A stretch of DNA of 32,000 bases from Opitutales bacterium (GCA_965219535.1 CBDCNV010000002.1:1530001-1562000); one strand, 5' to 3'. Shown: positions 1 through 8,521, counted from the first letter of the stretch. The notes: generated by a model not told the origin, from the letters alone. Translations and numbers: made by a program.

Positions 1-583
1 CGCCATCGACAAGCGCTCTTACTTCCAGACCGCTGACAAGTCGCCCCCCAGCCGGGGTGCTCTCTTTCATTTTCAGCCCCCATTTATGACTTCCGGGAAC
101 AACTTTAAAACAACTGTTAGCGGTGTTCGCGTCGTCAAGTGCGATGCTCACGGTAACCAGTCTAGGTGGCTCCATCGGCCAATAGGCAGAATCCTGGTGG
201 AATTCGTGACCTGATCCATGAAATGCGGGTTTAAGCATCAAGGTGCTTCTAAAAAGAAGCAGATCGGGTCCGATCAAATTCTGCACGACTTCAATCAGTC
301 GCGGGTGCTTAGAAAGTCTGTTGAAAACGGAAGAATGCACACGAGTGTTTTCAATTTTTCTCAACAAGGGCGTTCCGTCATCACGATTTATATTTTCGGC
401 GTTCGGTTCGCGCTGAAAGTTAATCGATCTTGGATCGGCTTTCGCTTCAAATTCCGCGGCGAGGGTATGCAATCGTTGAATTTCTTCTTGGCACTCAATA
501 ATCTCCTCCGGGCTGATCAGGTTTTCCATGATGAGATATCCCTGGTCCTCGAAAAATGAAAGCTGTTCGGCCTGATTCATCAT
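1..583 (-). CDS. phytanoyl-CoA dioxygenase (PhyH) family Fe(II)/2-oxoglutarate oxygenase, partial (3' end beyond window)
   Basis: Not in ORF track because no stop lies inside the window. Reverse-strand reading from ATG at 583 gives MMNQAEQLSFFEDQGYLIMENLISPEEI...SGHEFHQDSAYWP...FKVVPGSHKWG, open to position 1. It has the HxD iron motif and PGSH motif of the PhyH family. The + ORF 218..559 is its antisense shadow. Confidence 0.8.
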   Translation of the reverse strand, partial: MMNQAEQLSFFEDQGYLIMENLISPEEIIECQEEIQRLHTLAAEFEAKADPRSINFQREPNAENINRDDGTPLLRKIENTRVHSSVFNRLSKHPRLIEVVQNLIGPDLLLFRSTLMLKPAFHGSGHEFHQDSAYWPMEPPRLVTVSIALDDANTANSCFKVVPGSHKWGLKMKESTPAGGRLVSGLEVRALVDG

Positions 584-595
584 ATGATCGCATAA

Positions 596-629
596 GTCAA
601 AAGGTCAAAAGGTCAAAAAGTCAAAAAGG
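596..629 (+). repeat. K array: 4 tandem GTCAAAAG/GTCAAAAA units; start-proximal to the minus-strand gene 1..583 (reads CTTTTGAC in that gene's sense)
   Basis: Direct reading: gtcaaaag gtcaaaag gtcaaaaa gtcaaaaa gg. Lies 12 nt from the ATG at 583. Confidence 0.95.
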
Positions 630-695
630 AAAATGCGTTTATGAGTGAAAGCGTAGATGCGGATATGCGATTAAATAAAATTACATTGATTTAAA

Positions 696-728
696 CTTTT
701 TGACATTTTGACCTTTTGATATTTTGAC
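696..728 (-). repeat. K' array: 4 units CTTTTGAC-type, start-proximal to 753..1673
   Basis: ctttttgac attttgac cttttgat attttgac. Inverted partner of 596-629, with a 66-nt spacer. Ends 24 nt before the ATG at 753. Confidence 0.95.
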
Positions 729-752
729 TTAAACCCGCGAAAGCTGATTTTT

Positions 753-1673
753 ATGCCACGGATTAATAAAAGCATCGACTTGATGGAGCGGGGGGAGACG
801 GTCTATGTAACCTTAAAAATACCGGAGCTTAGCTATGACGCGGGCCGGGACCAGGCGCAGACCTGGGCAGATTTGATCGCAATCGATCTTGAGCACCTCG
901 CCTACGATATCATAGGCCTGACACAATTCATGCGCGGCCTTAAAGATGGCGGGCCTACGGCGAGCGGGCACCTGACACCGACGGTGCTCGTATCTCCCCC
1001 TGCGAATTGCACGAGTATTGAGGAGGTCATTTATAACGCATGGCAAGTCAGACAGATCCTATCGACGGGTGTTCACGGTATCTACTACCCGCAAGCGCGC
1101 GATGCCGAATCAGTGAGGGCCTACGTAACGACCACCCGTTACACTTTTCAGACGATTGGACGCGACCTTGGCCTGTCCGAGGGATTACGCGGCCACGGCG
1201 GTGAGAATCAAGCGTCAGAGATCTGGGGGATCAGTCCCGCCGAGTACCTGATGAAAGCAGACCCTTGGCCTCTGAATCCCGAGGGGGAGCTTTTACTGGG
1301 GCTGAAGATCGAAGACCGGCAAGGTATAGCTAATGCCGATGCAATCGCGAGCACGCCAGGACTCGCATTTGTTGCCGTGGGCGTGGCAGATCTTTCGATG
1401 TCTCTCGGCTATCAGTCTTTTCCCGGCTGGCCGTACCCGCCTGATTTACTAAATGGGCGGTTAGCTGCAAAATCAGCCTGTGAGAAGGCAGGCATTGCCT
1501 ATTTTACGGGATGGCCTGATTCCTCATTACCCCATGACGAACAATTGAAACATCTTTTCGAGGAAGGAAGTGACAAAATGTTATTGGCGCAGAACAGGGA
1601 GTTTGCCGAAGCAGGGAGGAATTTGTCAAAAAGTCAAAAGGTCAAAAAGTCAAAAAGGAAAATGCGTTTATGA
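753..1673 (+). CDS. HpcH/HpaI aldolase/citrate-lyase family protein
   Basis: 306-aa ORF. D-L-E-H metal/substrate motif (AIDLEHLAYD), IED and GxxDLS blocks, family-typical length. The last ~14 aa (KSQKVKKSKRKMRL) are translated from the K array. Confidence 0.75.
   Translation: MPRINKSIDLMERGETVYVTLKIPELSYDAGRDQAQTWADLIAIDLEHLAYDIIGLTQFMRGLKDGGPTASGHLTPTVLVSPPANCTSIEEVIYNAWQVRQILSTGVHGIYYPQARDAESVRAYVTTTRYTFQTIGRDLGLSEGLRGHGGENQASEIWGISPAEYLMKADPWPLNPEGELLLGLKIEDRQGIANADAIASTPGLAFVAVGVADLSMSLGYQSFPGWPYPPDLLNGRLAAKSACEKAGIAYFTGWPDSSLPHDEQLKHLFEEGSDKMLLAQNREFAEAGRNLSKSQKVKKSKRKMRL
1625..1658 (+). repeat. K array: 4 units, overlapping the 3' end of CDS 753..1673
   Basis: gtcaaaaa gtcaaaag gtcaaaaa gtcaaaaa gg. 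Lies inside the reading frame; the stop follows at 1671-1673. Confidence 0.95.
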
Positions 1674-1724
1674 GTGAAAGCGTAGATGCGGAAATGCGAT
1701 TAAATAAAATTACATTGATTTAAA

Positions 1725-1741
1725 CATTTTGACATTTTGAC
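1725..1741 (-). repeat. K' array: 2 units, start-proximal to 1766..2680
   Basis: cattttgac attttgac. Ends 24 nt before the ATG at 1766. The intergenic core 1659-1724 is near-identical to 630-695. Confidence 0.9.
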
Positions 1742-1765
1742 TTAAATCCGCGGAAGCGGGTTTTT

Positions 1766-2680
1766 ATGCCACGGATTAATAAAAGCATTGAGTTGATGGA
1801 GCTGGGGGAGCCGGCCTATGTCACGATGGTGAGGAACGAGCTCACATATGATGCGGGCAGGGAATGGGCGAAGACATGGGCGGATATCATCTGGATAGAT
1901 TTCGAATATAATATCTATGACTTGGTCGGCCTGTCGAAATTCATGCGCGGGCTCAAAGAAGGCGGTCCCACGGCGAGCGGGCATGCCACACCGACGGTTG
2001 TTGTCTCTCCCCCCACGCACTGCAGAAATCCGGAGGAGGTTTACAATAACGGATGGCAGATAAGATCGCTTCTCATGACCGGCATTCACGGTTTTATTTA
2101 CCCGCAGGCACAGGAACCGGATGCGGTCAAAGCCTATGTAGCTACGACACGGTATGCATCTCAGACAATCGGACGAGACCAGGGTCTCCCCGAAGGATAT
2201 CGTGGTCATGGCGGTGAGAAAATGGCAGCCGAGATCTGGGGGATCAGTCCCCAGGATTACGTTGATAGAGCGGACCCCTGGCCTTTGAATCCTGATGGTG
2301 AACTGTTGTTGGGCCTTAAGATCGAGGACCAGCAAGGGTTGGCAAATGCCGATGCGATCGCGAACACGCCCGGAATAAACCTCGCAATCGCGGGGATGGG
2401 AGATATGGCAATGTCATTGGGCTATCAGAAAATCCCCCCCTGGCCCTTTCCACCAGACATGGTTAACGCCTGGAATACAGTTCAATCAGCCTGTGATAAA
2501 GCGGGCATTCCCCTTCATACCGGCTGGCCCGAACCGTCAATAACTGAAGGACAACAGCAAAAGACCGACGAGGAGATAATGAAATTCCTCATCGAGGAAA
2601 ATAGCGCGAAGATAATAAGAGTGTCCGAGGAGTTAACGGCTATAGGGCGGAAGCTTACCGGGAGGGTGATGAAGATTTAG
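1766..2680 (+). CDS. HpcH/HpaI aldolase family protein (tandem paralog of 753..1673)
   Basis: 304-aa ORF, collinear with the upstream paralog (MPRINKSIELMELGE..., IDFEY, KIEDQQG, GMGDMAMSLGY). Confidence 0.75.
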   Translation: MPRINKSIELMELGEPAYVTMVRNELTYDAGREWAKTWADIIWIDFEYNIYDLVGLSKFMRGLKEGGPTASGHATPTVVVSPPTHCRNPEEVYNNGWQIRSLLMTGIHGFIYPQAQEPDAVKAYVATTRYASQTIGRDQGLPEGYRGHGGEKMAAEIWGISPQDYVDRADPWPLNPDGELLLGLKIEDQQGLANADAIANTPGINLAIAGMGDMAMSLGYQKIPPWPFPPDMVNAWNTVQSACDKAGIPLHTGWPEPSITEGQQQKTDEEIMKFLIEENSAKIIRVSEELTAIGRKLTGRVMKI

Positions 2681-2681
2681 A

Positions 2682-2710
2682 GTCAAAGGTCGAAAGTCGA
2701 AGGTCGAAAG
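2682..2710 (+). repeat. K-variant array (GTCAAAG GTCGAAA GTCGAAG GTCGAAAG), stop-proximal to 1766..2680
   Basis: Starts 1 nt after the TAG at 2678-2680. A short inverted partner, gacttcgacctttg, lies at 2811-2824. Confidence 0.85.
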
Positions 2711-2876
2711 TGGGGAGTATAAAAGGGTTCGGGGTGGAAGATGTCGAGCTACGCTCTCGGTACAGGGTTCAGGAAAATTACAATTGCAGATTGTGGATAG
2801 GAAGATGTTAGACTTCGACCTTTGTACGGATTGCGGATTTATACTAACGAAATAAACTATCTTTATTCTGAAGACT

Positions 2877-2896
2877 GAACCCCGAACCCCGAACCC
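2877..2896 (+). repeat. (GAACCCC)x3 heptamer array next to the stop of minus-strand gene 2910..3983
   Basis: gaacccc gaacccc gaaccc. The inverted partner aaaagggttcggggtgg at 2721-2737 is interleaved with the 2682/2811 pair. Confidence 0.8.
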
Positions 2897-2909
2897 TTTT
2901 TACTAACAA

Positions 2910-3983
2910 TTATCGGGGATAACCGATGGCGGCGGGCCAGGTGTGGGTGATGTTTTCACCTTCATAGACAAACATGTCGCGATGGAGGGAACAGGTCATG
3001 CAGCAATGACTGGGGATGATGTGAACAAAGTCACCGATTTTAAGTTTGTGTCCGGGAAAGCGAACGCTGGTATGCTCTTCAGAACCGAAAGTGGGAATTT
3101 CTGCCTGGGGGTAATCGCGTAGTTTGGGTGGGCCCATTTCATGACCGATCGATTTGACACCGGCGTTTAAAACAAGGTTGTCTCCATTTACACTGATGAC
3201 GTTTGCGAGCACGGTAAGGGCAACATCAAATTGATCATCCACTCTCTCCTTGTAAGACCAATCCATCGTTACGTAGCTGCCGATCTGAAGTTCAGAGACG
3301 TCTTCGAGTGTACCGGTGGCGCGAAATGAACCGGTCCCCGCACCGGAAATTATTCGGCACGCGTGTCCGGCGACTTCAAGCTGACGTTTCGTATCAATCG
3401 CCTTATCCATTGAGCTTATTGCTACTGATTCCCTTTCACTCGTATCGAGAATGCCGACCGCGTGTCCTTCGTAGGCTTGAAGACCATCAAAACGTATTCC
3501 CTCAAATGAAGCGATCTGTTCAGCCAGTGTAACTGCGGCTTTCCCCGGTGCAACGCCGCAGCGACCCATACCGATATCGACCTCGATCAAAACACCGACG
3601 ATAGTACCGTGATTTTTTGCAGCCTCGGCAATTGCTTTTGCGTTGTCTGCATTGTCAATCGCCACGCGGATCTTGGCCCGTTCCGCCAATTTTATCAAAT
3701 GCTCGATACTTGTCGCACTGACGACTTGATTGGCGATCAGAACATCTTCAATCCCTCCATCGACTAAAGCGATCGCTTCAAATATCGTCGCCGCGGTCAT
3801 GCCGACGCAACCTCCCGCCGCCAACTGCTTTTGGGCCAGAGCGACGCGTTTATGGTTTTTAAAATGCGGTCTGAGCCGGACCTGCCTGTTTTCGACGAAG
3901 GCGGCGGCACGCTCAATATTGCGATTAGCGGTCGGCCAGTCGAGGACGAGCGCCGGTGTGAGGAGATCGTAAATATAAGTCAT
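2910..3983 (-). CDS. D-threonine aldolase / D-serine dehydratase-like PLP enzyme (alanine racemase N-terminal domain, DSD1/D-TA family)
   Basis: The ORF track extends to 3995 using a TTG that lies inside the TTGAC repeat. I prefer the ATG at 3983 (MTYIYDLLTPALVLD...). RPHFKNHK lysine motif, and a C-terminal HxxH-type region (HIIPSHCCMT) typical of the family. Confidence 0.75.
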   Translation of the reverse strand: MTYIYDLLTPALVLDWPTANRNIERAAAFVENRQVRLRPHFKNHKRVALAQKQLAAGGCVGMTAATIFEAIALVDGGIEDVLIANQVVSATSIEHLIKLAERAKIRVAIDNADNAKAIAEAAKNHGTIVGVLIEVDIGMGRCGVAPGKAAVTLAEQIASFEGIRFDGLQAYEGHAVGILDTSERESVAISSMDKAIDTKRQLEVAGHACRIISGAGTGSFRATGTLEDVSELQIGSYVTMDWSYKERVDDQFDVALTVLANVISVNGDNLVLNAGVKSIGHEMGPPKLRDYPQAEIPTFGSEEHTSVRFPGHKLKIGDFVHIIPSHCCMTCSLHRDMFVYEGENITHTWPAAIGYPR

Positions 3984-3990
3984 GGAATTA

Positions 3991-4006
3991 GTCAAAAAGT
4001 CAAAAG
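3991..4006 (+). repeat. K array: 2 units, start-proximal to minus-strand gene 2910..3983
   Basis: gtcaaaaa gtcaaaag, 7 nt from the ATG at 3983. Confidence 0.9.
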
Positions 4007-4013
4007 ATCTATC

Positions 4014-4048
4014 GATTGTGGATTGGCGATTGCCGATTGTGGATTGAT
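4014..4048 (+). repeat. (GATTGNN)x5 heptamer array, followed by (GCACAAAA)-type units at 4056-4081
   Basis: gattgtg gattggc gattgcc gattgtg gattgat, then gccacaaaag gcacaaaaa gcacaag. Confidence 0.85.
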
Positions 4049-4158
4049 AGAGATAGCCACAAAAGGCACAAAAAGCACAAGATTAAATTTTGAGAGAAAA
4101 GAAGAACTATAAGGTGGAACGCGCTGTCCCCAGCGCGTTTGTTTATATTATTAAAAAA

Positions 4159-4893
4159 GGGTCATGCCTAGAACAGAGGGTATCTTAAGCACATATTAAG
4201 GATGTTACGATGGAGGTTTTGATGACGATGGTTAAAGCGATATTCAGTTTCTTTGAGGTGCAGTTGGAAGGTCCTACGAGAAAGACCTTTGAACTTAGCC
4301 AATCGAAGTTTAGCAAAAGCCCAAAAAGATTCAATCCCGTTAATGTGGGAGTGTCCCTGGGCAAACTCGTTGTCGTTGTGATTGACACGGTAATGCTTCT
4401 TATAGCCCAGATCCACGAGGCCGTTGTAAGCACGCCACCCGTCAGAATAAAGCACACTGTCAAAAGTAACTCTCCCTTGGATCACCGCATGCAGAGCGGC
4501 TCTGGAGACGTTGCGTACAACCTGGGTATAGACTTTCCCATTACGCTTGAGCAACCCGAAGACGGGCACTTTCTTGAATGCACCCCGACCTCTTTGCCCT
4601 GGAATTCTTTTGCCTCCAAAGTAGGACTCATCCATTTCCACCGACCCCCTAAAAGGCGAGGCCTGCGCACATTGCTGCAACAAACGCTCCCGCAACAAGC
4701 GCAAATAACGGTTGACCGTGTTACGATTCAATCCTGTCAATTGGGTTATCTTCAACGCTTCCATATCCAAGCTAAAACACTTTACTAACTGCCGAAATTT
4801 GGCCTCAGAAATTTTTGAACGATGTACATACTTATTTCTCATTTGTCTAGAATAGCTTACACATCTGATATGTGTCTATTCTAGGCATGACCC
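4159..4893 (-). mobile_element. IS1595-family insertion sequence (about 735 bp)
   Basis: Perfect 15-bp terminal inverted repeats GGGTCATGCCTAGAA (4159-4173 and reverse complement 4879-4893; 18/19 when extended). Single DDE transposase ORF. Flanking 8-mers TTAAAAAA (4151-4158) and TTAAAAAT (4894-4901) look like an 8-bp target duplication, which is expected for this family. Confidence 0.8.
4168..4842 (-). CDS. IS1595-family (ISXO2-like DDE) transposase
   Basis: 224 aa. N-terminal HTH-like region (LTGLNRNTVNRYLRLLR), ESYFGGKR, SDGWRAYNGL and INGIESFWAFAK blocks characteristic of DDE_Tnp_IS1595. Confidence 0.85.
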   Translation of the reverse strand: MRNKYVHRSKISEAKFRQLVKCFSLDMEALKITQLTGLNRNTVNRYLRLLRERLLQQCAQASPFRGSVEMDESYFGGKRIPGQRGRGAFKKVPVFGLLKRNGKVYTQVVRNVSRAALHAVIQGRVTFDSVLYSDGWRAYNGLVDLGYKKHYRVNHNDNEFAQGHSHINGIESFWAFAKLRLAKFKGLSRRTFQLHLKETEYRFNHRHQNLHRNILNMCLRYPLF

Positions 4894-4957
4894 TTAAAAA
4901 TATATACAAACGCGCTAGGGACAGCCCGCTCCACCTACCACGCATTAGCGTCTTCAA

Positions 4958-4990
4958 CGTTTTGACTTTTTGACCTTTTGACCTTTTGAC
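4958..4990 (-). repeat. K' array: 4 units, start-proximal to 4999..8289
   Basis: cgttttgac tttttgac cttttgac cttttgac. Ends 8 nt before the GTG at 4999. Confidence 0.95.
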
Positions 4991-4998
4991 TAGCTTCA

Positions 4999-7900
4999 GT
5001 GAAACGTGCTTTCAAATATTGTGGGCTTTTTCTGATAGCGAGTTGTTTCTATTTGGGGTTTTTATATTTGTGGAGTGATATCTTAATGCCGGAATTGGAG
5101 GAAGAACCCATCCACTACAGTCAGGAGAAGCTCGATTACACGGAAAAATTAAGAGATGTCAGTTTTACGGAGGATGATGAATATAAAGTACAGCGGGATG
5201 TAGATTATAGTAAGGGTGAATCCGGCAGATGGTTTCCCAAGGGTGAATCACCGATACTGGCTGAATTGGTAGAGGAGGGTAAGCTGCCACCGGTGGCTGA
5301 GCGCGTGGGACCCGAGCCGGTAGTAATTGAGGGTGTAGACGGTATTGGCAACTACGGTGGCACCTGGTTTCGGGTATCAGGATCGCAGACCAATATTGAC
5401 CTCATGTATAATTTCACTTCCGGCTCGATGCTCGTTCGCTGGTCCCCTCTCGGTTACCCAATCGTGCCGCATGCGGCTAAAGGATGGGAGTCCAGCCCAG
5501 ACTTAAAGGAATGGACCGTTTATTTACGCAAAGGGATGAAATGGTCCGACGGTCATCCCTTCACCGCTGACGATATTCTCTACTGGTACTACCAGGAAGT
5601 ATTGCTTGATTATTATCAGGATGCTGCAGCGCGGGCAAACTGGATGATCGTGGGTGGCGAGTGGGGAGAAATGGTCAAAATAGATGATTACACGATAAAA
5701 TTTGTTTTTCCTAAACCCTACGGTGTGTTTCTCGAACACCTGGCTCGTGCCTGGTATTTTTGTTCGCCTCGTCATTACATGGAGAAGTATCACCCGGATC
5801 TCGGCGACGACGAACTAATCGAAAAAACGATGGCAGCAAGGAGGTTACCATCGCGCAAAAGTTTATACGTATTACTAGAGAAGTGGTTCAACCCTGAGCA
5901 CCCGCGGATCTGGCCCTGGGTCTACCGTAATTACAAAGCCAATCCTCCCCAGGTATTTGTGCGCAATCCCTACTACTGGGCGGTTGATGTTGCAGGTAAC
6001 CAGCTGCCCTATTTAGACAGAATACATTGGGATATCAAAAATCAAAGGTTTGTTCCCATTGCATCCGCTAGCGGAGCAGTCACCTTTACCATTCATGTCA
6101 TGGATTTGTATTACACCCTGCTCATGGCAGAACGAGAAGCAGGAGAATACGAAGTCTATCACTGGTTTCCCGCAACACGCTCGCGCTATCTGATTAATCC
6201 GAACTTTAACTACTATGTCGATCCCGATAAACCGGAGACGCAAATGAAGCACGATCTCATCAATGACAAGCGCTTCCGCCAGGCACTTTCCCTCGCCATC
6301 AATCGACGACAAATAATCAAAAATGTGTATAATGGGGTGGGAGAGCCCGCGCAGTTATCGCCGGGCAGGGAATCTTACTTTCACCATGAAAAACTTCATA
6401 AGAGCTATACAGAGTATGCGCCTGACAAAGCAAATGCCTTACTCGATGAGCTCGGTCTCACCCGGAGGGATTCCGAAGGATACCGCAGGTTCAAGGACGG
6501 CACGCGCATGGTTTGGTATTATACCATTCCCCAGGGAGAAGACGAGGGACCGACGGAACTTATCCTAGAGGACTGGGGCCACGTGGGTGTACGTTTTATT
6601 CGACGACAGCCCTCACTTGCCCTTTTTAATTTAGAACTGAGAGCACGTACCTTGGAATTCTCCGATTGGCCTGGAGAGAGTGAATATAGTCCCATCTTGG
6701 GAGCTGACCGATTTGCCGGATTAACGTCTCTCCAAGCTTACGGTTATTGGAATTGGTATATGAGAGGGGGGCTTTACGGAGACCGAAGAGCCACCGAGTT
6801 AGGCGGCATCGAACCACCGATGAATCACCCTCTACGGCGATCAATGGAACTGATTGATGAATCTTACGGCGCAACCAACCGCGAAGAGCAGCGGGTCATT
6901 TTTAATAAGTTATTCGATATCGCAGCTGAAAATCTCTGGTCAATTAATATTACCACCCCTCCACCGCATCCGGTCGTCGTAAAGAACGGGTTAAAAAACG
7001 TACCCCGCAATTCATTTTATGGCGCGCGTTTTTGTCCACCGGCTCCGACCGGTATGGAAACCTACTTTTTCGAAGCGCCCTATGATTCACCGGGTGCGAT
7101 TGCCCAGATTAAAAATGAGATGATCGAAATCACCCCCGCCCCTTACGGCACCGAGGAAGACGATCTTGAATCCACCAGTTATGACCGTTTAGCCTGGCTT
7201 ATAAAAAACTTATTTTTAGGTATCGCCGTTTGCGGTATAATTATGATCGGGATACGACATCCGTATATTGGAAGACGAATGCTGATTATGATTCCGACGC
7301 TTCTCATTGTCTCGGTGATATCTTTTACGATCATCCAGCTGCCACCGGGAAGTTATATCGAAACAAGAATACTTGAGCTGCAGTTAAGAGGCGGGCCATT
7401 AGCTATCGATGAAGCGAAAGAACTGCGCGAAATTTTTCATCTCGATAAGCCCTTCCCCGAACGTTATTCCCGCTGGCTCGGGCTTAACTGGTTTACTTCA
7501 TTTGATCGAAAAGACCAGGGTTTACTCCAGGGCTACATGGGATTGTCGATGGAAAACCAGAGCACGGTCAATGAAATGGTGGGCGATCGCATCCTTCTCA
7601 CATTTCTCATATCATTAGGGACCATTCTTTTTACCTGGATGATAGCGCTGCCTATTGGCATCTATTCCGCGGTACGCCAGTACACCCTGGGCGACTATTT
7701 ATTCACCCTGATAGGATTCATTGGGATGAGCGTTCCCAGTTTTCTCCTCGCCTTGATCCTGCTTTACTGGAGCCGCGAGTACCTGGGGATAAACATTTCG
7801 GGGCTGTTTTCACCTGATTATGCGGCCCAGCCTGAATGGACGCGAGGTAAGATTCTCGACATGCTGAAACATATCTGGGTGCCGATAGTTGTTCTGGGGG

Positions 7901-8289
7901 TCACGGGGACGGCAAGTATGATCCGCATCATGCGCGGGAACTTACTTGACGAGTTAAAAAAACCCTACGTCATTACGGCGATGGCAAAAGGGGTGCGCCC
8001 CTTTAAACTGTTGATAAAATATCCCGTGCGTTTGGCGATTAATCCCTTTATCTCGGCGATTGGCGTGATCTTTCCTCAATTGGTTTCAGGCGGAGCGATT
8101 GTCGCCATGGTTCTCAGCCTGCCCACTGTTGGGCCGTTATTATTAGATTCGCTATTGCTTGAAGATATGTACGTAGCGGGGTCGATGCTCATGGTGCTCA
8201 GCTTGCTCGGAATACTAGGCACTTTGGTCAGTGATCTGTTACTTATGTGGCTCGATCCGAGGATTAGGATGGAAGGCGGAGTTCGGTAA
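4999..8289 (+). CDS. fusion protein: family-5 (peptide/oligosaccharide/nickel type) ABC solute-binding domain + DppB/OppB-like ABC permease domain
   Basis: 1096-aa ORF with GTG start. It has an N-terminal membrane anchor and a ~700-aa SBP_bac_5-like region. An extra TM helix (LAWLIKNLFLGIAVCGIIMIGI, ~7189-7255) follows, then a typical permease start (RRMLIMIPTLLIVSVISFTIIQLPPG) and the EAA-loop region (ITAMAKGVRPFKLLIKY). Confidence 0.8.
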   Translation: MKRAFKYCGLFLIASCFYLGFLYLWSDILMPELEEEPIHYSQEKLDYTEKLRDVSFTEDDEYKVQRDVDYSKGESGRWFPKGESPILAELVEEGKLPPVAERVGPEPVVIEGVDGIGNYGGTWFRVSGSQTNIDLMYNFTSGSMLVRWSPLGYPIVPHAAKGWESSPDLKEWTVYLRKGMKWSDGHPFTADDILYWYYQEVLLDYYQDAAARANWMIVGGEWGEMVKIDDYTIKFVFPKPYGVFLEHLARAWYFCSPRHYMEKYHPDLGDDELIEKTMAARRLPSRKSLYVLLEKWFNPEHPRIWPWVYRNYKANPPQVFVRNPYYWAVDVAGNQLPYLDRIHWDIKNQRFVPIASASGAVTFTIHVMDLYYTLLMAEREAGEYEVYHWFPATRSRYLINPNFNYYVDPDKPETQMKHDLINDKRFRQALSLAINRRQIIKNVYNGVGEPAQLSPGRESYFHHEKLHKSYTEYAPDKANALLDELGLTRRDSEGYRRFKDGTRMVWYYTIPQGEDEGPTELILEDWGHVGVRFIRRQPSLALFNLELRARTLEFSDWPGESEYSPILGADRFAGLTSLQAYGYWNWYMRGGLYGDRRATELGGIEPPMNHPLRRSMELIDESYGATNREEQRVIFNKLFDIAAENLWSINITTPPPHPVVVKNGLKNVPRNSFYGARFCPPAPTGMETYFFEAPYDSPGAIAQIKNEMIEITPAPYGTEEDDLESTSYDRLAWLIKNLFLGIAVCGIIMIGIRHPYIGRRMLIMIPTLLIVSVISFTIIQLPPGSYIETRILELQLRGGPLAIDEAKELREIFHLDKPFPERYSRWLGLNWFTSFDRKDQGLLQGYMGLSMENQSTVNEMVGDRILLTFLISLGTILFTWMIALPIGIYSAVRQYTLGDYLFTLIGFIGMSVPSFLLALILLYWSREYLGINISGLFSPDYAAQPEWTRGKILDMLKHIWVPIVVLGVTGTASMIRIMRGNLLDELKKPYVITAMAKGVRPFKLLIKYPVRLAINPFISAIGVIFPQLVSGGAIVAMVLSLPTVGPLLLDSLLLEDMYVAGSMLMVLSLLGILGTLVSDLLLMWLDPRIRMEGGVR

Positions 8290-8306
8290 ACCGAACTCCA
8301 CCTTCC
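8271..8306 (+). other. hairpin with the TAA stop codon of 4999..8289 in its 4-nt loop
   Basis: ggaagg c ggagttcgg TAAA ccgaactcc a ccttcc: 15 bp of stem with one mismatch. The 5' arm encodes the last codons (EGGVR). The K array follows immediately. Confidence 0.7.
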
Positions 8307-8340
8307 GTCAAAAAGTCAAAAGGTCAAAAGGTCAAAAGGG
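8307..8340 (+). repeat. K array: 4 units, stop-proximal to 4999..8289
   Basis: gtcaaaaa gtcaaaag gtcaaaag gtcaaaag gg. Confidence 0.95.
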
Positions 8341-8409
8341 AAATGCGAATACGCGAACATGGGACTATGCGGAGAAGCGTATAAGCGGAGCATATTCATC
8401 CTATCCTTA

Positions 8410-8446
8410 TTGTCATTGCGAGGAGCAACGCGACGCGGCAATCCAG
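8410..8446 (+). repeat. half copy of the TTGTCATTGCGA...GGCAATCCAG element
   Basis: ttgtcattgcgaggagcaacgcgacgcggcaatccag. The same sequence occurs at 10569-10605, and an inverted pair at 25157-25257. Confidence 0.8.
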
Positions 8447-8493
8447 AAAGTTTTAATACTAAATCCGAGAACGGTGAATCCCGAACCATCAAC

Positions 8494-8521
8494 TTAACAC
8501 CTAAAACATAAAACCTAATAC
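8494..8521 (+). repeat. T array: 4 heptamers of YTAAMAC type
   Basis: ttaacac ctaaaac ataaaac ctaatac. Directly abuts the stop hairpin of 8542..9393. Confidence 0.8.

Noticed and set aside
218-559. 113-aa + strand ORF
   Set aside because: It lies antisense within a clearly recognisable PhyH-family reading frame on the minus strand (1..583).
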